Notes: generated from the sequence alone by a model not told the origin. A DNA stretch of 64,000 nt from Amoebidium appalachense (GCA_963693365.1 CAVNZM010000002.1:1488001-1552000), one strand, 5' to 3'. Positions 1 through 13,849 are shown, counted from the stretch's first letter. Program-made: numbers and translations.

Positions 1-2918
1 TTAACGTTGTAGGTCGATAGCATAACTTAGTGTTACTCCTCGATAGCATAACGTAGTGGTACACATGGATAGCTCGTATGTATCAAGGCAGGATTTGTAG
101 ATGAGTAGCAGATGAATGCTGGGATTGTACACCGAAAAGAACGGTGAGGCAGAAGAGGGAAGAAGGAGAAACTTGGAGGAAGACAGGAGGGAAGAGAGCA
201 GGGTTGGTGTGTGTGTGTGTGTGTGTGTGTGGTGGTGGTGGTGGTGGGTTGGGGGGGGGGGGGGGGGGGGGGGGGGGAGAAGCGCAACACCTTCTTATCC
301 AACCGTTCCTTACACGGTCGACCCTAAGAGCCTCCCACCCGTAATCGTGGATAGCATCCTGCCATGCAAGCGGTTAGTTCATCTGTGAGCACTAGCTTTG
401 ATGTGTACATGAAGGAATACGACGGGAAGAGCTAGGATGGGTACGGTCAGGAATTTAGGACATTTGTAAAAGTCTATTTCAGGGAGGTGGTTTTGGGGCG
501 CCTACAGGGAGTTGGGGTGGAGGGGTGGGGGGGAAGGGGGAGGGGGGGAAGAGGAGGGGAGGGGGGAGGGAAGGGGGAGGGGGAGGGGGGGGGGGGGGGG
601 TTTGAGTGGAGGCGTGTCAGCACCAATTCAGAATTCTAAACTATAGAGGAACATATCTCAGATCCCTCCACCCCCTTCCCGTGCTCAATCAGGCACTACC
701 ACAGCCAGTCCTTTTCACACCTTTTCGTAACTGCCATCGTCACTCCCTTTGACCTCCCCCCCCCCTCCCCCCCCCCCCCCCCCCCCCCCTCCCCCCCTCC
801 CCCCCCCCCCCCTCCCCCTCCCCCCCCCCCCCGGTCCTCCCCCCTTTCACCCGCCTCCCCCCTCCCCCGGTCCACCGACCTTTGACCCCGTGCCCCCCCC
901 CCCCCCATCTACCGCCCCACACCAGCTTACCTTGTGGTGTACGAAAGCCTCCGGGTGGGCATCCCACCGGCCCACAAATCTGATGTCTTCAATGCCCACC
1001 TCAGAGATTAGACCTGATTCCTTGAGTGTGATTGGTGCATCGCCACACAGTGGAATGTCGATCTGGATGGGCTCGCCTGGGGCAAGACACCAAACACAGT
1101 CAGCAACCAAGACAAGGTCACAACAGAAGGGATGAACGGCCTAAAATTTGTCTTGGGTTTTAAAAAAGAACACGAATACAAGAATGGGGAAGAATCAATG
1201 AATGGTGTTATTGCTTATATGGCACTAACCTCCCGGTTCCTGCTTTATAAGAAGAGACACCAGAAAACAGAGTGAAGATTAGGGGGGTGGGGGTTGGAGG
1301 GGGACGGGGGGGGAGAAGATGGGGGATGGGTGCGGTTGCGGGAGGGGGGGGGGGGGGGGGGGGGGGGTTGAATGCGGAACACAGTACGAAGGACGCATAC
1401 ACGACGAGAAGCATGGTGCAGGACACATGCAAAGGCAAACATTCAAGTATGCAACATCAGCCATGTGCACAGTATGCGTGGGGGGGATAACTAGGATTAG
1501 AATGTGTTACAGAGTATGACCGACAACTCAATGGAAATTGCAAGGTACACACATAGTCTGCGCCATAAGCAGAGGAAAGACGGGGGGGGGGGGGGGGGGG
1601 GGGGGGGGGACAAGGGACATACCGAAGACAACACGATTCCCCTCTATAGCCACGACCCTATGATGCTCGGTGACTAGGAACCCGTTTTCATGCAACCGCT
1701 TGTAGCGATTGGACAGCGGCATGGGGTCGTAGTGACTCTTAGCCAATGAGGTGCTCTGGTGGTGGATGTACACCTCTTGGCCTATGCTCATTTTTTTGCT
1801 GCTGTCTACCTCCACACTGTAGTCACCTTTAAAGGTACAAAAAGTTACTTTCGTGGTTAAAACAGGGACGTTAAAGGTGGTATAATGCAGAAAGGTTACT
1901 GATCATATTTGGACACCCATCTTGTCCATACCTTGTCCAATTCCCCAGTTGTCTTTCCTCTCTCTCAGCTCCCTGCCCCCTCCTCTAACCCCCCCCCTCC
2001 CCCCCCCCCCCTCCTCTCTCTCTCACTTCTCCTCCCCGCCTTGCCACTCCCTTATTCCGACACAAGAAGGGTGCAAACAAAATAAAGAAATAAACACAGC
2101 GTGAGTCCAAAGGAAAAACATTATTTGCCAAAGCCAATTGGCCAACGAGACGGATTAGTTTTCTATGTCTGTGCCAGTGAATCTCAGATCCATATGTAGA
2201 CATGGTACCTTCGAACATTGCAAGTAAAACAATGTTCAAGTCGGTGGGGTGAGGGTGGTGTGACAATTGGTCAATGTGGGAGCAAGGAAAAGCCTCACTC
2301 TGGAGTGTTGGGTTGGCGGATATCGCCGATATGTATTATCATGACCACCTTTCTTGTTAAAGAAGAGATATCCAATATAACGTCATTTATTTATTCCAGT
2401 TGATCGCTAGATCATGTTGCAATTTGTTAGAGGTCCAGTGGTGATGGTAAAGTGCCCCCTGAAGAGAGGGGGGGGGGGGGGGGGGGAAGAGGGAGGGAGA
2501 GGGGGGTGGGGAGGGGGGAGGGGGGGGGGGGGGGGGGGGGGGGGGAATATATACCATGAGCCACTGCCTTTGTGACTTTGGCAAGACTCTTGCCTCGAGG
2601 AATGCTTGGAGTCACTGTAACCTGGTGCACACTGGGGCATGTGTGTGTGTGTGTGTAGGGGGAGAAGGGGATGTGAGTGTGGGTGTTTGCTATGTACTGT
2701 GTGCACGTGCATGTAGACAGGTTTGAACCCAATTAATCAGTGCCATAATACCTCCACACAAAGCTTAACGGTATTTGAGTTTTCAGGTCCCCATTTAGAC
2801 CTTTATCTATTCCACAACTACCCACCATCCGCACCCCTACACGACAGATCACCAACTTATTTGCAATATTCTCACATCAACACACGTGTATGCCATCTCA
2901 ACCACCAGTCAACACATG

Positions 2919-2974
<56 letters not shown>

Positions 2975-3485
2975 AAAAAAAAAAAAAAAAAACGGGGGCA
3001 AAAAAACAAAACAAAAAAAAACCTCCCTGCTGCCCTTCTTTCAACCTCTCCCATCCTCCCAACCTTGAAGCCCAGCCACTGCCACACACCAACAAACAAC
3101 CACCAACGCTACCCTTCCAGCTTTCACTTTTTTTTTTGCTCACTCACTTCCACACACTGGCGTACATCGGCCCAAACAAAGCGAAATCAGTCGGTACCCA
3201 CCCGTTTACAGGCTTCATGCTCTCAATCAATATCACAGACTCCCCGGGGGGTTCTGCCCCTGCCCCTCTGAGTACAATGTTTGACGTGCGGATAAAAAGG
3301 AGGTGGTCTGGGTTGCTGTCTGGACTCATATGGTACACACCGGGTGGGAAGTAAACAACACCACCACCTGGAGAAATGATGGGGGGAAGCAAGAAAGAGT
3401 AGAAGAGGGATGCCGAGCCGGGGCCAGGGGGGGGGGGGGAGGGGGGGGAGGGGCAAGTGAGTGAGTGAGTGAGTTTTGTGTGTGA

Positions 3486-3528
<43 letters not shown>

Positions 3529-4135
3529 CGTGTGTGTGTGCTTGCCGTTTGGGCTTGAAGCCGAGGGGGGGGGGAGGGGAGGGGAGAGGATTGGGGGCCG
3601 GGGGATGAGGAGGGGGGAGGGGGGAGGGGGGGAGGGGGGCGGGATGGGCCAGTGAGATGAGAAATATTGGGTATTTCCAATAGAAGGCATATGTGGCACT
3701 GTTTGTTGTGTAATGAGTAATGAGATTTGAACCGTAATCAAGGAAAGGAGTCTGACAGTTGTGACCATAATTTCGAAATGGTTGATAGGTTGCCCACGCG
3801 AGGTTGAGGCGGGGAATTTATTGTTGAATACTACTGTGTTCGGGTGCCCCTGGGGTCCCACGGGGGAAGGGGGGGGGGGGGGGGGGGGGGGAAGGAGGGA
3901 GGGCGTGTGGGGGGTGAGGGGGAGGGGGGAGGGGGAGGGAGGGGGGCTCGGTGGGGTATGGATAGAAACAGATACGTAGGTTGCCTATGCTTGGAACTAC
4001 TTTTGGGTGAGTAGCTTGCCTATGAGCCCGTTTTTCGTAACAGCAACAAAAAAAAGGTCTCACAGAAATCACAGTCGGGAGTTCCCCTCCCCCCCCACCC
4101 CGCCCCTTTCCGAGAAGGTGTGTGTGTGTTTGGGG

Positions 4136-4172
<37 letters not shown>

Positions 4173-5300
4173 GTTGCCAGAAGCGGGAGGGGGAGGGGGG
4201 AGAAAGAGAAATGATCATTTTTATTTTTAGGCTATTTATTTTTTATTTGGGGGGGAAGGGGGTTGTGTGTGTGTGTGGGGGGGGGGGGGGGGGGGGAGGG
4301 GGGGGGGAGGGGAGGGGGGGGGGGGGGATTGGTAAGGTGGCTACCTGCGGCCTCTGCCGCCGCGATTGCTTTCTGGATGGTCTCATCGCAATACTGTGCC
4401 CCACATATCAGCAGAGAAACATTTGGAACAGCAGGGCTATTTATCAAACCCCCACTCACACATCTCCCATTTCCGGCCCAAAACAGCCACCCTCCAACCC
4501 ACAAATACCTTACCCCCCCCCCCCCCCCCCCCCCCTTCCCCCCCCCCCCCCCCCCCTTTCCTCCGCCCCTCCCTACCCCCTCCCCCAGCAAAACCACCAG
4601 CACCACCACCACCGATCACCAGCAGGTGCAACACACACAACACACACGCGCCGGTGTGCCAACTCAACAGTCAACCACCCCCAGTCCACATTTCCCTCCC
4701 CTCATCCCGCCCATATTAATCTTCAACCCGCATCCCTCCCCCAAATCCCCTATTGAAAGTTCCTTTTCATCCCCCACCTCTTTCCGTATCGTTGCCACCC
4801 TTCTCCTACTCATTAAATAGTTAAAGCAATATCTCCCTTGAGCCCGATCCACCCATCCCCCCAATCATATTGCCACACCATCCCTTCTCTTCGGTCATAA
4901 TCCCCCTCTCAAACCTTCTTGCCACCACCTGCGCTACCGTCTCTGATCTCGTCAACGGCACATCTATCCCCCTCCCCCCCTTCCCCCCCTCCCCAACTCA
5001 AGTATCCTTGCCTGTTCCTCTCCTCCTAGTTTTCGTGCGGTCCACACACACCTGTCCTGTCTGAGCACCATAATCCAGCACATTGGAAATGGGCCCTACT
5101 ATGTGCGGTATGGGTGCCTCGCTGTATCTGTAGCCGGCATGGGAGAAGTCGGGTAGCACCGCCCTCCTGCCCGTCTGCTGGGCTTCAACATAATCTAGCC
5201 ATAGCTGTGATGAGCTGGCACTGGTGTGTGTGTTTGCGTGTGCGTGTGTGCGTGTGTGTGTGTGTGTGTGTGCATGTGTGTCTGTGTGTGTGTTTGTGTG

Positions 5301-5363
<63 letters not shown>

Positions 5364-5637
5364 GCATATGTGTGTGCGTGGGTGTGTGCGTGTGTGTGCT
5401 TGTGTGTTGTGTGTGTGTGTGTGTGTGTGTGTGTCTGTATGTGTGTGTGTGTGTGTGTCCACGCACGTGTGTGTGCAGAAGTACTCGCACGTGTGTGTCT
5501 GGGCATGAGCGTTTTAAACGATGGTGCGATGGCATAGGCAAGAGCCAATTGCTAAAGAAGGAGAAGTCGATGGCGGCAGAGTGGGGATGTCGGTAAAACG
5601 GTAAGAATGAGAGGATGTTGAACGATGGCAATGTCAT
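1..5637 (-). CDS. DUF4955-family / pectate-lyase-like beta-helix protein of bacterial type, spliced; 3' end lies beyond the window start, 5' start uncertain
   Basis: GT-AG exons join in frame: ~5053-5221 (LWLDYVEAQQTGRRAVLPDFSHAGYRYSEAPIP...NVLDYGA), ~4345-4393 (YCDETIQKAIAAAEAAG), ~3148-3367 (GGVVYFPPGVYHM...IRTSNIVLRGAG), ~2555-2621, ~1623-1827 (DYSVEVDSS...TEHHRVVAIEGNRVVF), ~931-1077 (ISEVGIEDIRFVGRWDAHPEAFVHHK), ~291-358 (DAIHDYGWEALRVDRVRNGWIR). The LPDFS(H/Y)AGY, GGVVYFPPG-Y and FVHHK..HDYGW motifs match my recollection of Bacteroidetes/Vibrio DUF4955 proteins. Confidence 0.8.
1368..1479 (-). mobile_element. Dispersed SINE-like repeat, core copy
   Basis: Reverse complement of the core ACGCATACTGTGCACATGGCTGATGTTGCATACTTGAATGTTTGCC...GCATTCAA also seen at 25449, 27633 and 28087; followed by a C-run. 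Confidence 0.8.
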
Positions 5638-6062
5638 TGCTGCTGCGTGTGTGAATGCGTGCTAGTGTAGAAAGCTTTTTCGGTGCTGGCAAATAAAGTC
5701 GTTGTAACATCAGGTAGGGGAATGGAGGGTGGGTGGGCTCGATATGACGGGCCGGGGGGGTGGGGGCCCGGGGGGGAGGGGGGGAGGGGAGGGGTGGTGG
5801 GTACGGCAGATCTTAACTGCTTTGTTTCGAGTGCAAAGAATACAGCAAAAGACGAAGTGCCTTTTAGCGAGGGTAAGAAAGGTTCAAGGCTCTGAAGTAA
5901 CAAAAACAAGGAAAACAGAACCATCGACAGAATCAAAGATCAACATAGTTAGGTGAACATCTGAATATGGGGCTGGGATCAGAAAACAGATGCGTTTTTT
6001 GGCCTGGATCCAGATGTACACCATTCAAAAGATGGAAGTTTGTGAACTAGATCTGGCGCTTA

Positions 6063-6254
6063 CCTCATGGTCAGTTTCTTTGGAGGGTAGGGTTCTGTAA
6101 CAACTTTAGAAGAAGCTCTCGCCTTATTCAGTTCCCAGAGAAAGGGTTGCTGGTGGTAGACAGGGCAGTACTGACTCGCTGCACCAGATCCTACACAAAC
6201 TGACAGGTAGGGCAGAGCGAAAAATAACGTCACTATGCACACACACAACAGCAT
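6063..6254 (-). CDS. Possible signal-peptide-encoding first exon (perhaps of the DUF4955 gene)
   Basis: The ORF starts with hydrophobic MLLCVCIVTLFFALPYLSVC and ends at a strong AG|GTAAG donor near 6063. I could not establish its in-frame downstream acceptor. Confidence 0.3.
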
Positions 6255-7223
6255 GAACGGGAAAAGCTTAACAGCCTAGCTGCTTGTGGACATATTCTGC
6301 ATAGTAGTGTGCAGAATTCATAACAGATCTCGGTTCAAGACAAACAGAAAGTACAACTCACTGAAATGAAACTAACTTTGCAAATTGTGCGGAGGCCTGC
6401 AGGGAGCGCACGGGTGACGGCAGAGCTCGAACTCTCGAGTGCAGATGAACGTCTGGCAAAAAAAAAATTTAAGCGATAAGCGAGCAGCGAATCAAAACCG
6501 GATTTAACACATTCCGATGTGTTTGCGCAATCGTTTTCCTCAAAGCTTCCTTAAAAGGTATGCATGCCAGCAGCTGACAGGCTTCAAGTCTGTCTATGAG
6601 CCTCTTACAGCACACTATACATATCAAGTTTCTATATGGTAGGCCTTGTAGCCTATAAATTATATCAAATATTAGTGACTCTTTCACTACCCTGTGAAAC
6701 GCTTCTAAAATTGCCTTCGCACGGTCGGACCACAGGTAGCACAGCCTCACAGTTAGTGATTGATTTATGAGTGATAGCAGCTGATAAGCCACCATAGCCT
6801 AAAATGGTTATACACTCGATTGGCTATTGCATCTAAATCATCTTATTGTTTTGCCTCTATGAGACTTCATATGTGACAAACTGTATGTAGCTTACATACA
6901 GAAGGGCAGAGCCAGTAGCGGTTAAATTTCAGACAGGGGGGAGGGAGTACAGTAACTGAGGAAGAGAGTTGCTTTTGTTTGTATTGTTGTTGTATGGGTT
7001 GTTGGTTTTGCTGGTTGAAGTTTGCGGACGTGCTGCAGCTTTGACGGGCTGGGCCAATTGAGCCGTCGGCTGAAGAAGGTGGCCATGGAAGGAGGGGGAG
7101 AGGGGCCGAACAGAGATTATTCTTTGCTACGTTTTATGGCGCACATTTACCTACCGTATCCGTTATCCCGTCAGCGTAATGTGTGAGTGCTTCTGGGGAG
7201 GCTTTCCCCCGTCCCCTCCCATC

Positions 7224-7276
<53 letters not shown>

Positions 7277-8062
7277 TCTCTCCCCGACCCCCACCCAAAA
7301 CTCACGGTCACACGGAAACGAACGCAACACCGTGCGTGCATGCTCACACTTCACCCCCTCACGTGGCCCAACCACGTAGCCGAGTTTGCCAACTCGCCCA
7401 ATATGCGTCAGACTGCCAAGCCCTTATACCAGCCCACACGAACACAGACACACACTGTCAGAAGCACATGATACTGGACGCTAGCGGGAAAAGACAAGTT
7501 GTGCAGTCCTCTGGACAAGTATGCTGTGCATACTGTACGCATGCTCAACATGCGCAAGCACATAACCTGCTACACTCAAAAAGAAAAATTCCACCCGTTC
7601 ACATAATAAAGAATAACGAGCATAGATTTTCAGGGTGCTGACAGTGACTCGCACACTCACTTGTCAACACCAGTCCCGTCTTCACCTCCCACCACCACCA
7701 CATACCGGAACACACACAACGGCCGTGCACACAACACCATAATTGCACGTGCTTGCATTCACAGAAAGAACCGAATCACAAAATGTCAAATGGCAGCCGC
7801 CACAATCACTCTTGTTAATTACGTTAACAAGTACTATGCGCCGAGGTAAGTTTAGAGTACGTGACCAAGGTGAAAGATATTCGAATTCATTTGTATGCCA
7901 AATCTCTGTTCGTACGACCCTCGCTATATAAGACTATTTGTAGGCCAGTCTATTGGTTCAACTGTCCGTTTAGGTTGGTACAAAAGAGTCATTCATCCCA
8001 CTAGAGTTGATTTTCAATCTTCGCTGATACTTCATAGTTATATATCAGGCAAAAGCAATAAC

Positions 8063-9010
8063 CTAGTCATATGACAAAGCTCTAATCTGTCCGTTTCCTG
8101 TGTCAAAGTAGTACACAGAATCTTCTTTCGGGTGTATCACCACCATGTTCACAGTCCCAGCAATCCCTGTGTGCTTTGCCGGAACCTTGCCCCTGGAGTC
8201 ATAGTCTGACCGAGCCACAATCTCCAAAAACACGGCACATACAGCTGAGAACACTACGGCCAGAATCATCATGATAAAGGAATAATCCAAGTCAAAGGTC
8301 TCAAAACCAGTGCTTTCCAAATCATCGTTACCTTTACGAAGAACTTCGGCATAAAACAATACCAAGCCAACCATACCAGTTATGGAGCCGAGAAGACTGA
8401 TCCCACCCAGACCCCGTGAAATATTGCTCGTGCGAAAACGGAGCCACGTAACGGTGGCAAAGGTCATGGGGGGAAGAGATACACAGCACAGGCTCAGCAG
8501 AAACAGAGTTCTGGAAGTATCCAGCCCGCTGCACTTACCGACATTTGGGAGAGAGAAAGAATTACAACTGCTGTCATCGCCCTCATCACAAATAATCCCA
8601 CTGCAGCTGCCGCTGATCGTTCCGCATCCTGCCTTTGTGAAGTTTCCGATTGCGGCTGCACAGAAGCGCCACAGACCCATGTTCGTTATGCCCGTGTATC
8701 GGTCTGTTGAATTCACAATCCCCGAGAGGATGACCATCTCCGGGAGGCCCTTTTGTGTCGACCAATAACTGGTTCCAATGGCTAGGCACGAGAAGATCGT
8801 TGCGCTAATACCAAAAAACAGAATGCACGAAAAGTATGCAAGTTTTTTCGGGTCGGAAAGGAGGAGTCTCCACCTCTGTAGGCAGTTGTCCTCATCTGCG
8901 TCTGTGCTCTCTGTGGTGATAACGTGGTCTTCTATGGGCCTGTCGAAACCCAACGCCCCTTGTTCCTTTCTGTACATTGCAATGGCCAACTGCGCCTGCT
9001 GTTGCTCCAT
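8063..9010 (-). CDS. Claudin/PMP22/EMP-superfamily four-transmembrane protein, single exon
   Basis: Non-repetitive ORF 8063-9178, with the likely ATG at 9010 (MEQQQ). Four hydrophobic segments. First extracellular loop has the W-x(n)-GLW-x2-C...C signature (SYW...NMGLWRFCAAAIGNFTKAGC), and DYSF precedes TM4. Confidence 0.8.
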   Translation of the reverse strand: MEQQQAQLAIAMYRKEQGALGFDRPIEDHVITTESTDADEDNCLQRWRLLLSDPKKLAYFSCILFFGISATIFSCLAIGTSYWSTQKGLPEMVILSGIVNSTDRYTGITNMGLWRFCAAAIGNFTKAGCGTISGSCSGIICDEGDDSSCNSFSLPNVGKCSGLDTSRTLFLLSLCCVSLPPMTFATVTWLRFRTSNISRGLGGISLLGSITGMVGLVLFYAEVLRKGNDDLESTGFETFDLDYSFIMMILAVVFSAVCAVFLEIVARSDYDSRGKVPAKHTGIAGTVNMVVIHPKEDSVYYFDTGNGQIRALSYD

Positions 9011-10135
9011 GGTGCATCGAAGAAAAGCCTGTTCAGGGCGAACTCGAGTTGGGAGTTTTGGGTTTAAGTTTCTGGCTTTTGCGCTCGCCCAACACCCAAC
9101 TCCAAAAAAATAAGTGTGAAGTGGTGCTGCTTCAACAACAGAGGTGTACTCTCGATTTTGTATATGCTCAGAAACCATATTACGTGGCTGCTTTTATGCT
9201 ACTTTATAATGGCTTAGTTCTGACTGTTTAAAAAGCAACACAGCTGCAGGAGGCACAACTACGGCCCCAAAGTCGTGCCTTTTAAAAAAGGAAAAAAAAG
9301 AAAAACACCATCACGTGTGATTTTAACCCGTTGTTCTGCTTGAACTAGCCCCGTGAATTTTTGCCTCATAATATATGGACAATATAGTGTTCATAACAAG
9401 ACTATAAAGTAAAAATGGTGGTGGTTGGTTTTTTTTCTTCATCTCCCGACTCTCTCTGTTACCTCGGCGCCGAAGGCAAGCAGTGGAATGCGACTTGTGG
9501 GTTTGCGACATCCGCTACCGTCTGCATTTATTCATGATTTTAATTAATAGAGAGATGCCTAATGCAGTTCCTCTAAACATTATAACTGGTTACTTATTCT
9601 GTTAAACTTAGTTCATTAAATTTTGTATCAAGGAACAGGCTCACAGAAGTTTTGACCTGCTCGGTCCGACCACAGCCATCCACCAATCATATCGCTGAAC
9701 CATTACTCGCTCCAACTTGAGCCTCCCACGGCCCTCCAACTTGATGGCATCAAGTCACCAACTCCTGTTTGAACACCTCAGCTTCGGAAAGAACACTTGA
9801 ACGTGGTTTGTTTATCCCGATTGTTGAGTATATACGTGCAATAAAGAGAAGCAAACTTCTCCCCAATTTTTTAAAAAAGATATATATATATTGAAGCTTA
9901 ACCCCCAAAGCTGGTACTAAGGGACTCGAAAATCCGGTTGTCCTCAAGCACTTCACAGATGGCATGTGCTTGTTTGTCAGAAATCTATCGAGGGCCGAAA
10001 TCCATACGAACAGCTACAGTACCTAGCTACAATGCAAATGGCCAGACTCCAAACGAGCCACATTCATGCATGCCATATATTTGCCGCTCGCTTCAATAAA
10101 GATGACAGTTACCAGCCGCAAGACATGTCTCCAAC

Positions 10136-10795
10136 CTATGCAGCAGGTACTATCGAGTCTCGACTGTATACCTCCTGCAGGTCTGGAGGCACCAGTAGTG
10201 TCTGCCTGAGAACAAGGGGTTTGCTGTCTGTGGTAGAGTCCAACCTTGCACGTGTATGTGTGGCTGTCACCTTGGTGTTGCCTTGACGTGCATAGTGGAA
10301 CACATCGCGGAACTTGCGGGTCGAGCTGATGGAGTCGAGTAGAGTGTGTTAGGAAAGATAAGAAATTTGCTTGCGTTGTTCAAAAGAGACAGGGGAACCG
10401 GGGTGTGTGGTAGGATTTGGGGTAGCTGGGGGAGATAGAGAGGAGTGCACAGGGGCGGAAAGTGTGTGTGAGGAGGGGAGGGGGGAAGGGGGGGGGAATC
10501 AGTGGTACGGCACAGTTGTTGAGTGTTCTGGATTAAATGAAAGGGTGCTGGATCCGAAAAGGGTTTCCATAAAGACGACACAGAATGGTATAAAACAGAG
10601 AGGGGCTGGTGGTGGTTGCTAGGGAGGGTGGTAGAGATGAGTCTAACCAGCCACACGCCCCCCCCGCTCCACCAACGCACCCAATACACACAATTTTGGA
10701 AACACACATTATCTTGCTACACTTGGTCCCTCTGCCTTCCCCCCCCTCCTCCCCTCCTCCTCCCCCCGGGGGTCACAGCCGGTTTTTTTTTTTTT

Positions 10796-10826
<31 letters not shown>

Positions 10827-11467
10827 GAGATGGGGTTCCGGGGAGAGAGGAGAAAAATAAAAAGCTCAAAGCTGAGAAAAAAAAAGTTTCCCTCACCTCG
10901 TGATCTTGAGGCCCACACAATAGAGCAGCTCTGCGTGGATGTTGACGTGTCGCAGGCGCATTTCCAGGTTCTGCGGTATGCTGTCAAGCAGCCGGCCAAG
11001 CTCCGTGTTGCTCAGATGAAGCACCCACTCACCGTTCACTTTCCCCGTGTAATGTTAGACTCTGCGACATGATATATGTATACATCACACACACACAAAA
11101 CACACACACACACACACACATATTTATGCACGTACATACATACATACATAAACACATATGCGTGTGTGTTTGTGTATATGTGTATAATATTTCAGAAGTG
11201 ACGTGATTTTGTTTCCATTTAGTGGTGTCATGTTTCCACAGGCGGACGGGCTAGTGGGGTAGGGGAGCGGACGGGGGTGTGTGGTGGTGGTAGTGGGGAG
11301 GGAGGAGGGGAATAGATAGGTATTCTCACTGCTAGCTCTTTTCCTCTTCTGTGTTCACCTTTCAGATACTCTGGCCAACACTGCATGGTTTGTGTGTCTT
11401 CTTTCATGTTGGTGGGGCTGTTCTTTGTCTATGCGTGTGTCTGGAGGGTGGTGGCGGCGGCAGGTGT

Positions 11468-11498
<31 letters not shown>

Positions 11499-12095
11499 GG
11501 GGGGGGGGGTAAATAGTATAATCACGCGGAACGAGTGACCAATATACACATGAAAAGGCAGCATTAACAAACGGTATGTGTGTCTTCTTCTTCTTCTTTT
11601 TTTTTTTTTTGTGTGTGTGTGTGTGTGTGTGTGTTTGTGTGTGCGCGCGTGTGTGTTGGGATCGGGGGGGGGGGGGGGGGGGGGGGGGATGAGATTTATC
11701 CCATACCCTACCTGTCAGAATGCTGTGCAAGGGTGGTAGCTTGGCAATGTCAGCCGGTGAATTCTTCTCCATATCCTTTCTGCGCAGGAAAAGGTACATG
11801 GCAATTAGTTCAGCTAGCGAACACCATAAAGCACATGGATTCAATACTAATTCAATAGTTTTCGAGTACTTGGATGGAGTTACTGGCCCGAACATGTGAC
11901 ACTGACGTTTCCACCTGCACCCAGCCACCCCTATCTCCCCCCCCCCCCCCTCCCCCCCCCTCCCCCCGCCTGCCCGCCCGCCCGCCCGCCCGCCCAGGAC
12001 GTGTACATCATCCCTCACCCCTTTCCCCCCCAACTGCTTCGGCTACCTGCCCCCTGTCTTCCCCCCCTTGCCCCCCCCCCCCCCCCCCCCCCCAA

Positions 12096-12162
<67 letters not shown>

Positions 12163-13778
12163 ACACATGTACACTCACTACACAGAATGCAGTACAGCAC
12201 ATCTTCTCATTCCACTTTCAGTATCATGATCTTGCTTCTAGACCACAAGCACACAACCACCACACACGCGCTGGGGGAGGGGGGAGGGGTGGGGAGGGTC
12301 GTACCAAATTCTTCTTTTGTTGAGAAAGAGGGGAGGGGGGGGGGGGGGGGGGGGAGGGGGGGGGATTGTACCTGATTGTTTTGTGGTTAATGGAAAACCC
12401 CCATGAGCTGTTGTTGTCCTGCCTGTGCAAGGTGCACACCAGAGGTTTACGAATCACAAGGTCCACGGCATCATTCTTGCTGATCATCCGTGCTACCTGT
12501 GTGCATGCATGTGTGGTGTAAGCGCGTGGCATGCAGTCGTTTTTTGGTTTTTTATGAGGGTCATGGTCTTCTGCCATCACGGGATAGGTACAGGCAGCAT
12601 GTGGTTATGGTAAACAGAGTGAATGTTGTTCGGGGGAGAAGTTGGATAGGAAGGCAATGTAGCGTGTGGGAGCACTAGTGATGGCATATCGTGGGAAGTG
12701 GTTGGTATGCAACTGCATATCATCAGGCTTCAAACTTCTGGTTGTATTGGGATAGCATGAATTGCAGCTCTGGAAGACATAGAGACTTGGAAGAAAAAAA
12801 CGAGCGGAAGGGGTATCTAGGGGGATCTGGTGAATGGTGGCAGGTGAGGCTCTGAAGGGGGGGGGGGGGGGGGGGGATATTAGGCTCTAACATAATAGCC
12901 GAAGCTTAGCTTTATAAGGTCGGACCCAATCCGCAGATAGGTGGGTAATGAATGAGGGCGGGGGGGGGGGGGGGGGGGGGGGGGGGCTTGGGGAGCCCGC
13001 GGGGAGGGGGACCCGTTGGGGCCGAGGGGGGGGGGGGGGAGGGGGGGAGGGGGGCGAGGAGGAGGGACTGGAATGTGTTGCAGAGTACGCAGCGCAAGCT
13101 CACGACAGATAACGCATGCAGAGTTGGCAAAGTTTACGTGCACGGTATTTATACACAAAGAGCATGTCACATAGGTAGTGCCCACCCTCACCAAGGGGGT
13201 GGGTGGGTGGGGGGGGGGGGGGGGGGGGGGTTGAAGGGGGGAAGGACGGGGCAAGTCATCCAGAGGATTCCAGTTTCGGCCCATTTGGGAGACCAGAGGG
13301 AGGGGGGGCAAGGGGAAGGGGGAGGGGGGAAGGGGGCAAGGGGGGGAAGGAGGTAAAATGTGCTACACTGTGACACACACAGCGTTACACACAGGACGGA
13401 TAATGTAACGTGGATTGCACGGCACACAAATAACATGCGCTGTATGCAGAGTGATTCTCAAGGAAGGAGGGGGAGGGGCCCCGGCGAGGGGGGGGGGGGG
13501 GGGGGGGAGGGGGGGGGGGGGCTGGGGAGGGCAGGGGACAGAGGACGGGGAAGACCAAATAGAAGCCGAATTCTTCATTCAAATGAAATGGCCCCGGGTA
13601 GGTGTGGGGGAAAGGGGGTTGGGCGATGTGTGTGTATGCCTATGAGGGGGGGGAGAAGACAAGGGAAGGATGGGAAGGAAAAAATATTGTAGGTGGATAT
13701 CAAGAAAAGATTGGAAATTCAGAGTATAAGGTGGAGAGGGACCAAAAATGGAGGCAGGGAGGGATGGGGGAGCGCGGC

Positions 13779-13849
<71 letters not shown>

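Noticed and set aside
6469-6795. 108-aa minus-strand ORF
   Set aside because: No motif or homology recognisable; it lies in the probable upstream region of the DUF4955 gene.
8063-8090. Claudin-like C-terminus as ligand of the neighbouring PDZ protein
   Set aside because: It ends in ALSYD, which lacks the terminal hydrophobic residue of canonical PDZ-binding motifs.
8382-9113. Plus-strand ORFs of 128 and 111 aa
   Set aside because: Antisense shadows of the claudin-like CDS.
11355-11445. Possible extra exon of the PDZ gene (KNSPTNMKED...)
   Set aside because: The PDZ2 domain is complete and in frame without it (exon 11712-11779 joins VNGEW directly).
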